NCBI GenBank assembly: GCA_029717555.1
Contig: JAMDHS010000024.1
Location: forward strand, 62,001-126,000
Direction: 5' to 3'
Length of the DNA stretch: 64,000 nt
From: Peribolospora baueri
Lineage: Eukaryota
Shown: positions 12,806 through 23,895 of the stretch, in pieces
Numbering within the stretch: the first letter of the stretch is position 1
Layout of the letters: the number at the start of each line of letters is the position of its first letter
The notes under the pieces: generated by a model
What the model saw: only the letters and a program-made list of their open reading frames with translations
What the model was told of the DNA's origin: nothing
The model's database searches: none
Made by a program: the position numbers and the translations under genes

Positions 12806-13666
12806 GCGCCCGTCCACCCCTCTCCATCAGGCGAGGACAGATAGTGTTCACTCGCTTCGGCATATTTTACATGTTATATGGTCATCGTTGTCCCTTGCTT
12901 CCCCCCTGGGGAGCCATGCGATTTCTCATTGTTCACTGCTCCGAACCACATATCAGCCCCCCCGCCCCCCGGTTCCTGTACCATAACGACGTGCAAAAGA
13001 AGACCTGCGCCATAACTTATGTGACTAGACGGACGCTCATGTCCTTCGTCCGTCATTCAGTCTTTTTCACTACAGAGGGAAGGTTGCAAGAGGTACGTTG
13101 AGGTCGAGGACTTCGGGGACGCGGGATCGCGCACAGCCTATGGACTGCGGAAGAAGTGTGATCGGATCGGCGCTGGCCAGTTTAATCGACGAGCAAGGCG
13201 TTTCTCACCGTCAATTCATCTCGACTTCCATCATCCGTTACTTGAAACCCACTCGTTTGCTCGCACTACCAACGTATCCACACTGCTGTGCAGGCGGGCG
13301 ACTTGAGCCGTGTTGTATCAACGAGGAGCAGCCCTTGGAACTTTGGACGCCGGCGCGAGACGAGGAGCATATGATCGGAAAACGAGAGGTGAGCGCTGTG
13401 GTCGTCCTTTGAAGCGGTTAGACGTAAGCGGAGGGGCACGTCGCAGGTGGAAGGGTCGGTGGTGATCTTGTCCCCGCCCTGTTGCGAGGGTTCTCTGCTC
13501 CGTTGTGCCGGCAAAGACTGCGAGCTCACGCCGTCGTCCCATCTTCAATACCCCGCTTCACCACCCTCCCTCGCTCCAGCTCCGGCCCAACCAGCCTCCC
13601 TCACCCTTTTCTTCCGCCTTTCTAACCGTCCGGTCCAAGCCCGTATCCACGTCCCCATCTTTTTTG

Positions 13667-16472
13667 ATGCTCCTGCCTCTCCTCGTAACGATCCTGCTAT
13701 GTCTGGCCCGCTCCGCAGTCGCCTACAAAGCACCTATCTCTGATACGGATGAGCTGAGGCAGATCTGTTCGGGTATGTGGGGGGATGGGGTGAAGTCCAA
13801 GATCAATGGTGTGTGACGTTGTTTTGTTTGTGGTGCACGGCTGTGGTACCTGAGAAGATGAATGAGAAGGTTTGATGGGCAGAGAGGCCTTTTGGCTTCT
13901 TTGCTCCCGAATAGCACGGCCGGCAATGCTGACAACAGCTTGTGGCTTCGTCTTCCTTTGCAGTCACCTTTGATCCAGGGGCAGCAGGCGCACTCTCTTT
14001 GGTGATCTACGAATGGAACGATTTGCCTCTACTCGGCGTGGACTCGCCGGGCACGGAGTCGATGGGCTATCCTGTGAGTACCGTTGGCTTTTACCTACCT
14101 TGACTCCTATCCCTCGCCAAGGCTCATACTGCTATCCATGCCCCCCCCCCCCCAAATGGCCAGGTAAAAACCTACGTCTGTACCTCCTCAGCCGTCCAGT
14201 CCGGTCTATGCTCCAGCGCAGATTTGGGCAAGTTCATCGTCAACGACCCGAATGGCTCGAGCAGCATTCGGACCGAGGAGATCACTTTCCCTTCCCAGCA
14301 AGGAGCGGCAATGCCAGAATATAGCTATGGTGTAAACATGACAGGATGTGAGTTACTTTAGTGAAGCTATGGCAGCTGTCACTGTCTGAGTGACTGATAA
14401 TGTGCCCCTGTACGGCGTCCTTCCTGCTGCAGACTATTGCGTAGGTGAGTAAAGACGTTTTCACTCCAGGAAGAAGCGGGACAGCGAGACAGGACACCTC
14501 CCCCAACCATTTGGTCGATCTCCTTTTCAGTCACAGTCCCGGTGACAGTGGATACGACCACGTCGACCGACCGCACAGTTAACGAGCATGGGCACGCAAA
14601 ATTCGACGGCTTTGTCACATTCGTCAATGTCTTCGACGGCACGCTTCCGGCGGCTGAGTATCCCAAAGTCGGGGTGCGTTATCTTTGGCTTTTGGTGCGG
14701 TCGCAAGGAAGTGTGACCTGTACCAATGGTATGCTCAAATTTTTGCTCTGTGGTCTCTCGCTTTCTTTTGTTCATCTTTCTAGTTTTACTTTGCGTAAGT
14801 GTGATAACCTGCACCCTTGTTTAAAACCGCTATTGCTGACTCCACGCTGATCATCGTATGATTACAGCCTTACGAGCATTTATATTATCATAGCCTTCGC
14901 GTGGATGTACCTCTGCATCAAGCACAAAGACGAATTGCTCCCGATTCAGCACTACGTCTCGGGGACCCTTTTAGTCATCATTACAGAGATGGCAGCGACC
15001 GTGAGTAGCCTTGTCCGACGCCCTCAGCTGTGAAGTCAGCGCTGAAAACTAATGTTTTCTTCAACGCTGTACGTACCTTTCAGTGGGGGTACTACAGTTA
15101 CCTCAACCAGCGAGACGTCTTCTTCGGAAGGACCGTCTACATCTCCGGACCCACTAGTGTGACGGCAATGGCTCGCTTCCTTCTCGTTCTCGTCGCTGTT
15201 CTTAACGCGGCTCGGAACAGCATGTCGCTCTTCCTGCTTTGCGTCGTGTCGATGGGATACGGTGTGGTCAGGCCTTCATTAGGAAAGGTATGCTGGAGCG
15301 CTATTAGGAAAGGGAAGAAGCGGGTATGCGACTGACGCACATTTGGACGCTCTCCTGATCTGAACAGCTCATGAACAGGGTCCGCATTCTCACTGTCGTG
15401 CACTTCCTCTTTAACAGTGAGTATGCGGCGCATTAACGACGGTAATCAAAGCGTGGTTTACTCATCACTGTCATTCTCCCATGCTGGATTTAGTGGCATA
15501 TTTTATTGGGACCGTCGCCATTGTGCTAGAGGAGGTTGGCCCATGGATCTTCCTCTTCGTCTTCCCTCTCGCCTTCACATTAACCACCTTCTTGATGTGG
15601 ACCATGTACTCGCTGAACGCGACCATCGAGCATCTGAACGCTAGGAAGCAGACATTCAAGAAGCAGGTAAGTATATGATCGACCTACATCGGACGTATTT
15701 TACCGAGAAAGACTTCACTTAACTGACTGGCAACGCACCTTTCAACCCAATCCAGATGTTCACAAAATTGTACCGAGTGCTCGTCTGCGCCACAGTCGTC
15801 ATCGCCGCTTTCTTTGTCATCTCCTCGGTCGTCTTCTCCAGGCGCACTGCAGAGGACTTTGCCTCCAACAGCTGGAAGTACAGGTTGGTGTTTTATCGTT
15901 GACAGCCTGACCGGTGACTAGACCATCGCAACTCACTTGTTTCGGGCCGGATTTGTTCCGTCGCTCGCTCTATCAGATGGTTCTTACTCGACGGCTGGCT
16001 TGGTTGCCTTTATCTCTTCGTCTTTCTCGCCATCGCGTGGCTCTGGCGACCAACGGGCTCAAACAGGAGGTTCGCAATGTCGGACGAGCTGGCGACCGAC
16101 GAGGATGGCGCTGGAGCGGCGGGCGAGTTCGAGATTGACACGCTGGCCCATCAAATGGGCGGTGGACTCGACTCGGAGGACGAGGATAATGAGGATGTGG
16201 AGCGCCGGGGCTCTCGCTCGCAGCAAGAGCAGCGAGCCGGCTCGCGACAGGCGCGTGGGAACTTGCAGGACGACGAAGTGGTCTTTGAGATTGGCGAGGA
16301 GGAGGACGACCCGGAGAGCGGCAGCCCACGCACCCCTAGACCTTCTGGCCCTGCTCGGGACCGGTCCGAGGCGAGAGAGGGCGAGGCGGAAGGGTTGATG
16401 TGCCATCAAGAGGGTAGTGAGGAGACGCTCGTGAAGCCCCAAGCCGGTCAGAAGAAGTCGAGGACGGATTGA
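13667..16472 (+). CDS. PTM1-like / lung seven-transmembrane receptor (GPR107/TMEM87 family) protein
   Basis: Signal peptide, RQICSGMWG, GYYCV, FDGTLPAAEYPKVGFY, LNAARNSMSLFLLCVVSMGYGVVRPSLG, WFLLDGWLGCLYLFVFLAIAWLWRPT and an acidic C-terminal tail. Confidence 0.9.
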
Positions 16473-16935
16473 CGGGTGCTTCGACTCGGTCGGGGTCCGT
16501 TGACGCCATATCCTGTTCAAACGGCAGAGAGGTTTTGAGAGCGCCAATCTCCTTCTCGCCAAAGCATGTTTTCAAGCCTGTTCTCCAGAACGACGCCTCT
16601 GACAGCTGCGGAGGATGAACTAGCACTACTTTCTAATCTTGTTACCTCTCCTTGTAAATCCGCCTTGGACGTCTCCACTATCTCGTGCCAGACAGTTTCA
16701 GCCGGCTATTTGGCAGTTCAGAGACGTTTCCAGATCTATGTCACTCGAACAGACGATCACAACGACGGAGACTTCCTGAGACAATGAGGACGAGAACGCG
16801 GAATCTACGTCCTTAATGAGGAAATCTAGAGCCAGTTGTGAAAGAGCGGCAGGAAAAGAAGGATCATGACATGCCGCGGTCGTCGACGAACGAAAGAGAA
16901 TGGATCATCGAAGCTTCCCCACCCTAATTCTAGGC

Positions 16936-18843
16936 TTACTTGGTGACATCGTGGAGCGACTCGGCGAGGTGGCGAACGTTGTGGGGGGTCACGCCAGCGA
17001 CGGAAATGCGGCCGTCCTTTGTGAGGTAGACATGGTGTTCATTGACGAGCTTGGCGACTTGCTCGGGCGAGATTCCGAGGACTGCGATACGGCTTGGTCA
17101 GTCAGATAAGCTGTGCCGAAATAGGGGCAGGACGAGACACGGAGAAAAAAGAAAAGCGAGACAGAAAGTCAGACTCACAGGCGAACATGCCGATCTGGCT
17201 AGTGATATGGTCCCAGTTGCGCTGCGAGCCGAGGTCCTCAACGAGCAGGTCCTTGAGGGTAGTGCGCATGCCAATGATGCGGTCCGCCATGCCCTTCACT
17301 TCAGTAAGCCTGAAAGGTTGAGAAAATGAGAACGGATCGGGACAAGAGGTCAACCCAATTCCAGCGCCGCGGATATAAAACAGAGACTAGTTATCAAGCA
17401 GACCAACGCACCACTGGTTGTAAAGCTCCGGGCTCTTGAGGATCTCGCCAGCGATACGGGCACCGTGTACGGGGGGGTTGGAGTACAGGGGACGGACGAG
17501 AATCTTGACCTGGCTGTCCACACGCGCTTTCTCCTCCGGGTTGGCGCAGATGAGCGAGAAGGCTCCCACGCGCTCTCCGTAGAGACCCATGTTCTGAGCG
17601 ATACGTGAATGGACATGTCAGCGATCGTCTCTCATCCATCTCTAGACAAGGAAGGGACAAGCGACAGCAGGAACGTATGGCTCTTCGTAACACACCTTGG
17701 CAAAGCTCTGGCTAAGCACGATCTGGTGACCCTGCTCGACAAAGTGCCTAACGGCGAAGGCGTCGCGGTCGACGTCTCCAGAAGCGAAGCCCTGGTAGGC
17801 CATGTCGAAGAAGGGGAAGTGCTCCTTCTCACGCATCACGTCCGAGATCTGGCGCCATTGGTCCTGGGTCGGGTCCACACCCGTAGGGTTGTGGGCGCAG
17901 GCGTGGAGGAGGATGACGCTCTTGTTCGGAGCGGCCTGTATGTGAGGACGGGGAAAGCACAAGGAGAAGACTGAGCGACACTATGCGAACACTCTGTTCC
18001 CGCAGCCCCAAAACGGGCGCACGCACCTTGATGTCCTCAAGCATGCCAGCAAGGTCGAGCCCGACAGTCTTCTTGTCGTAGTATCTGTACTGCTTAACCT
18101 CCAGGCCCGAGTCGCGGAAGACGGCGGTGTGGTTGCCCCAGGAGGGCGTAGGAAGGTAGACAGTCTTGCTGTCCGGGTAGTGGCGGGCCAGGAAGGCACC
18201 GCCGATCCGGAGGGCACCGGTGCCGGAGATGGACTGCGTGATGGCAATCTGCGGAGAGTTTGCGTCCAATGCGAAATTGTCAAATACATCAGCACTATTG
18301 TTTCGTCGCCGCTGGTTATCAATGTGGTCATCTCCACTCACCCTCCCCTCCTTCAAAGGCTTCGAATCCTTGCCGTAAGCGAGCGTAGCAGCGTTCTTGG
18401 TAAAGTCGGCGAGACCGGTGATAGGCAAGTACTCCTTATCGAGGTTCTGCTTGACGACAATTTCGTCCGCCTTGCGCACCGAGGGGAGCACGTACGGCTT
18501 GCCATTCTCATCGCGGTAAGCGCCCACGCCAAGGTTGATCTTGCGGGAGTCCGTGTCCGCCTTGAATGCCTCAGTGACGCCTGAGGGAAGGCGGGTTCAA
18601 GACATTCCCGGCGATCAGAACTCAATTTGTGAGAATAGAAGAGTCACGCACGGTAGTAGTAGCCTAGTGAACTGGCCTCGATCGTCATTCTCGACAATAC
18701 TTACCGAGAATCGGGTCGGGAGGGCCAGCAGGGACGTTGGACCAGGTGGAGACGCCGCGGGCGACAGTGATCGGGAGGAACGAAGATCCCCTCGAAAGAA
18801 GGGGGGCGCGGAGAGGCGCGGCAGTGAGGGTGCGGGCGAGCAT
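16936..18843 (-). CDS. AAT1: Mitochondrial aspartate aminotransferase
   Basis: Presequence [75 protein letters not shown] (PLP lysine). Confidence 0.96.
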
Positions 18844-19556
18844 GATAGGGGGAGGCGAGCAGAAGGGGGGAGTAGATACAGACGATGACCTGCAACGTTC
18901 GAGGAGGATAGCGAGAAGAGAAGATTGCCGCCCGAGCCGGGTCGGGATAGTGGAGCGACTCGCACGTGACATCCAGCCGATGGCGGCTCGGTCATCTTAC
19001 TTCTCGGCCTCCATCTGGGACGAGCTGGAAGCCACACATCGAGATGCGAGGTATGAGATTGTGGAGAGCAGGCAGGGGCAACTACGTACAGTGATTTGAA
19101 CGCCGGCAACCAGGTAAGAGGAGTCAGGCGGCCCCATGCTCGAGCACGGTAGAACAAAGGACATGGACGCGGCGGAGACAGGTTCTCGGAAGACTGTCTT
19201 CCTGAGCCTTCTCACCTTAGCCACCTATTGGTATCCCACTCTTAGGCACCGCTGGCTCTCTCCCCTTCTACGATCGTCTCTCCATCATCCGGCTGAATTG
19301 AGACACTCGAAATTATTCAAACGGTCATTCAGTGTGTCGCGTGGCGAGCGTTGGTTGCTGGGCTCGCATCTCAAGCCTTACAGCGACTTGGTCGTGCACA
19401 TTGGGGCGAAGGAGCCAGCTTGCTCTGTGAACGCCCTCACTGTAAACCCGGATGTTCCTCTCCTTGGGAGAAGTCGTCCTCCTCGCCTCAGAAGTGTCTT
19501 CTCGGGTCGCCTGAAACAGGCCAAGAAGAGCATTAGCGAAAGTCAGAGATGAATAA

Positions 19557-19570
19557 TAGGGTTAGGGTTA
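19557..19570. promoter_or_regulatory. Telomere-repeat box (TAGGGTTAGGGTTA) upstream of RPP2
   Basis: Exact TTAGGG repeats about 170 bp upstream of the RPP2 ATG. The regulatory role is inferred. Confidence 0.6.
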
Positions 19571-19741
19571 TGGGTACTGGCCAATTCCCACGGCACTCGC
19601 TGGCTCGCTCAGTGCGCGAAGAAAAAAGTTCGTGTGGATGGAGTTGGTCTTCTGTTCTCCTCCTTCAAGTACAAGTCGTCCTTCGGATTAAAGCCTCAGA
19701 GCAGATTTGTACCCCCCTTCTCTCGACAGCACACAGTCGCT

Positions 19742-20571
19742 ATGAAGTACGTGAGTATCAAGCTCGTCGCCTCCGTGCTTGCTTCTGAAGGTGGTGTTGG
19801 AAGCGAAGGGAACGGCGCAGGGCTATCTGGGAAGTGCCCCAAGACCGCTGAAGGATGAGAGTATTGGACCGCCTGATCTAACATTTCCCTAAATACCCCT
19901 TTCCTCTCTTTTTTCTCCAGCTCGCCTCTTACCTCTTGCTCCAGATCGGCGGCAAGGCCGAGCCTTCGGCCGCTGACATCAAGGGCCTCCTCGAGACCGT
20001 CGGCATCGAAGCTGAGGACGAGCGCCTCGAGAAGCTCCTCTCTTCCCTCGAGGGCAAGGACATTGCTGAGGTGAGTTAATAACCTTTTGTCATTCCGAGG
20101 TACCTCTGGAGGGCGTCCAATCTCGCTTGGATGTCTACGCACCCTGTCATTGTTCCAAGGCGCACAGAACGCTTCGAACTGAAGATTACTGTCCGTCTAC
20201 GTTCTGTAGCTCATCAACGAGGGCAAGGAGAAGCTTGCCTCCGTCCCCTCCGGCGGTGCTGCCGCTGCCGCTGCCGCCCCCGCCGGTGCTGCTGCTGCTG
20301 CTCCCGCCGAGGAGGAGAAGAAGGAGGAGGAGAAGAAGGAGGAGGAGGAGGTGCGTTTCTTATCGTGTGTTGGCAGTTGTAGCCGTCGCGCCCTTCAGGC
20401 AGATACTCATTCGTTTACTGGTTTATTTTTTACCTGTACTCCTTCCAAAGTCCGACGACGACATGGGCTTCGGTCTCTTTGGTGAGCGCTTTCTTTCCTT
20501 CATACCCCGGGCCCCATTGTTATGTTATTGCCCAAGCTCTAATCTCCTTCTGGTTCCCCTTTGCAGACTAA
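19742..20571 (+). CDS. RPP2: 60S acidic ribosomal protein P2
   Basis: Spliced [73 protein letters not shown]...[20 protein letters not shown]. Confidence 0.97.
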
Positions 20572-20829
20572 ATTCCTTCAGCTCCTGGCGAACGTCCCTG
20601 CATCCAGCGGCTTCGTTCGCCATTGTGCGTTCTACGCATGCTCGGGCATCCTTCCGAATGTATCCTTCTGTATGCAACACGCAGACCATGCATTCGGCCG
20701 GCCGTGCAAAAAAAATTATCAGAATGGGGCTGTGTGTCCGAGTGCAGGCGCTTCATAAATGACAGCGTGGGAGTTATCCGATTTGATAAGTCACGAGAGT
20801 ATTAAACAGGAACGACAAACAAAGTCAAT

Positions 20830-22717
20830 CTAGACGGAAATGGTTTTGAAAATGTTGAAGCCTGTAAGGGCGGTGGATATGACGGTGCCGGGAATCTGAG
20901 GATGAAAGTGAACCTCTTTGACGTCTCTCTGGCCCTGATGGACGAACAGCAGCTGTGGCGGCACCTCGCGTCCCGGCTGACCATTCTTGCCCCCGATGAG
21001 GCGCCCGCCAGACGGCCCTTTCTCCTCGTCATCGATTTCCACTGACAGGTCCCACAGCGTCACTTGGTCGTCTGCGCCCGAGGCGACGAACACCGAATCC
21101 TCGGTGCGGTGCCATTCGATCGAGGTCACCGGTGCGGTGTGCCATTGGAACGAGGCGACAGGTTTGGGGGCAGGGGCGGATCCGCTGTCGGGAAAAAAAG
21201 CATGAGGAAGAATGAGAGCAGGACAAAACCTCACTCAGCGACTGCTCCCTGCCTTTTTTCCACCACGGAAAGACTCGAGCAAAAGGACAACGGCATAACG
21301 GTGTCCCGACACTCACGCCTGGAACTTGCGCAAATCCCACACATGAATGCCTCCCTCGTCTCCGCCGCTGGCCAAAAGGTATTGGGTTCCCATGTTCCAG
21401 CTGATTACGTTAACGTCCTGCTCATGCGCATCTGCCACGGCGATGATGCTCTTGCGGGCCTTGATTCGTACGTCCCAAATGCGGATGCTACGATCCGCCG
21501 AGCAGCTGGCGAACACGGTCGGCTCCGAGGGGCTCCACTGCAAGTCCTCGACCGAGGAGGTGTGGCTTTCGAAAGGCTGAGGGGAGGTATTGAAGCTAGA
21601 TGGAGTGGAGGTGGTGAGGAAGATCTTGGAGTGGACGTCTCCCGTCACGAGTCGGAGGCTGCTTGCCCGACTAGCGCTGTCGTTGTTGCCCATCCAGTCC
21701 ATCGCATACCCCTCCGCTCGCCCGTGAGCGCCGACGGTGTATATCGGCGTGTTCACTCGAGCCCTATCAAGAGTCGCGCCCGGCGTATCTAGAGAGTTCA
21801 ACAAAGGTCGGATGTTCCAGATGTGCACTTTGCCTGTCTCGCTCCACGTCGCTACCGGGTAGGTGGCCGAGGACTGTTCGAGATCCGCACTCGGCGCCAT
21901 CGGCGCCGCTCGCACTCGGTTCACACCGCCGAGTGTGGGGATCGTGCGGTATTCCAACACCGCGTCATCATCCACGTCCTCGTCATCCTCGTCCTCGTCC
22001 TCATCGTCCGACAGATCTGCTCGCGAGGGGAAAGAAGGACAGCGAGACTGCAGTTAAGCTTCGTCCAAGTTGTATGGACAGAGCATCAACACCCACCTGC
22101 ATCGTGCTTAGTCTTATGAAGGCTCGAAGCCTTCATCACCATTATCTCGTTGTTCTTCGCCACATCTGCCTGCGTCCCCGCAACAAAGTAAGCCGTATGA
22201 GGGAACTTGGCTCGGAGATCCCCGAGGTGGTCGCGAAGGATGTCGAAAGAGAGGCAAGGCCAGGTGACGTTCATCCGATGGAGCATCTCGTACGTCGACT
22301 GGTCTGGCTCCAAGATCTGTCCCTTCTCAAGCTTGTCTCCCGGCAAGTACACCTGCGGCTCCTCCTCTGCTCCGTCCATGTCTTCGTCCTCAGGTGCCCT
22401 TTGGATCTTGCCGTCCACATCCATGCCTGAGCGGGACGGAAAGGGCGCCGGAAATTATATGAGACTTTATAGCATACAACGCGACCCTTCAGGCCGTAGA
22501 AGCCCGGGGAAGACATTTTTCTTCACTCACTATCTTCATCTTCGCCCTCCTCCTCATCACCATTAACCACCACCTCCTCATCGCTCTCCATCTCGTCCTC
22601 GAACGCGTCCTCGAACTCGCCCATCTCTGGAGGATAAGACGGTACTGCATCGTCTCCCGATACTTCTCCTCCTTGTTGGGCTCTGCCGACCTCTTCTTCC
22701 GCTCGTCTCTTGGACAT
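20830..22717 (-). CDS. RRB1: Glutamate-rich WD repeat ribosome assembly factor (RRB1/GRWD1)
   Basis: GEFEDAFEDE, YEMLHRMNVTWPCLSFDILRD, HTSSVEDLQWSPSEPTVFASCSAD, PPQLLFVHQGQ...TGFNIFKTISV*. Confidence 0.95.
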
Positions 22718-23084
22718 ATTGACAGATGGTCGATGTGATGGGTGTCTGTGACAGTGTCTGCGATACGGGTCAGTAGCGGCCCTTGGAAAAGCTGCGGCTG
22801 CAGTTTCAGTCACGTGAATTCATTACAACTTTGTTCTTATCCACGTGTAATTCATGTCAAGGGATACAAAAGTCCGCATCAGACCTCAACCGCCCGTCTT
22901 CTCCTTGCGGATGTCGTCGAATCTGACGGACCGCTGTCTAGTCGTACACAATCCCCCATCACAAGCAAAGCAGCCTAACATTGGTGAGACAGGTCCTCAC
23001 CACGAAAGTGCCCGAGCTGTGTCATCAAGACGCTCATCCCATCATAGCCATGGTGTCCGATGACCATCCAAATACGAACGCGCA

Positions 23085-23734
23085 TTAGGATGACTTGACA
23101 GCGCCGCTGCTAGTCTTGGCCTGAGCGTCCACAGCCTTCCAGAGCTCGGAAACGAACGTGCCTGCGTTCATGACGCCTACGAACCATAACCGATCGCAGT
23201 GCAGAAGAAGAGCGCCCCACTAGGTGTCAGTAAAGCTGTGAAGCGATACGAACTTAAGAACACTGAACAAACTCACCCTTATGGGCCCCCCAAGCCGAAC
23301 CGCCACCACCGCTTCCCCCCCAGGGCTTTCCCCTATGCACTTCGGGACGGTCTATATTAATACCGCGCGGGATGAAAAAAGAAAAGCACGAAGGGAGCCA
23401 GGACGTGCTCAGCCAGCGTCGGTCGCGTGCCCCTCAAAGGCGAACGACATCACTCGCCATATTGCCTCTAATGGAGCAGCAAAATACCAAACGGCGACTC
23501 ACCGGAAAGGGGAACATTCGTATCATTGACGCCAGCCTCGACGGCCTTGAAGCGTGAGTTCAAAAAACGAGAGGCCTCAGTGCCGTTGAAGTCGGTCGCG
23601 CCAGCCCCCGCAGCCGCTGGCGCAGGGCCTTGAGGCTGGGGAGAAGGCGTCCGATTCTGAGCTGACGCTCCTGGTATGCGCGGTCGGTAGGGACCGGATG
23701 CCTGGCCTCCTCCGGCACGGGTCTTAGAAGTCAT
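23085..23734 (-). CDS. Small hypothetical fungal protein, 132 aa, 3 exons
   Basis: Exons 23734-23503, 23351-23277 and 23176-23085 join in frame: MTSKTRAGGG...DFNGTEASRFLNSRFKAVEAG...DRPEVHRGKPWGGSGGGGSAWGAHKGVMNAGTFVSELWKAVDAQAK...*. Introns are canonical GTGAGT...TAG. Confidence 0.8.
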
Positions 23735-23895
23735 GTTCTCGCCTTGCTGCCAGCTTGCGCGAACGGGGTGAACGGACGACAGCAAGCCCCAGTCGCCGAC
23801 GGATCGGATATGAGCGGTTGTTGCTGCGGCAAAGAATTTTGAGCGTTCTCGCCATTCACTTCTTCGCTGCTTCTCTTCGCCCACCGACCTCGACC

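Noticed and set aside
18697..18706. ATACTTACC, resembling the U1 snRNA 5' end
   Set aside because: It is simply the reverse complement of an AAT intron donor (GGTAAGTAT).
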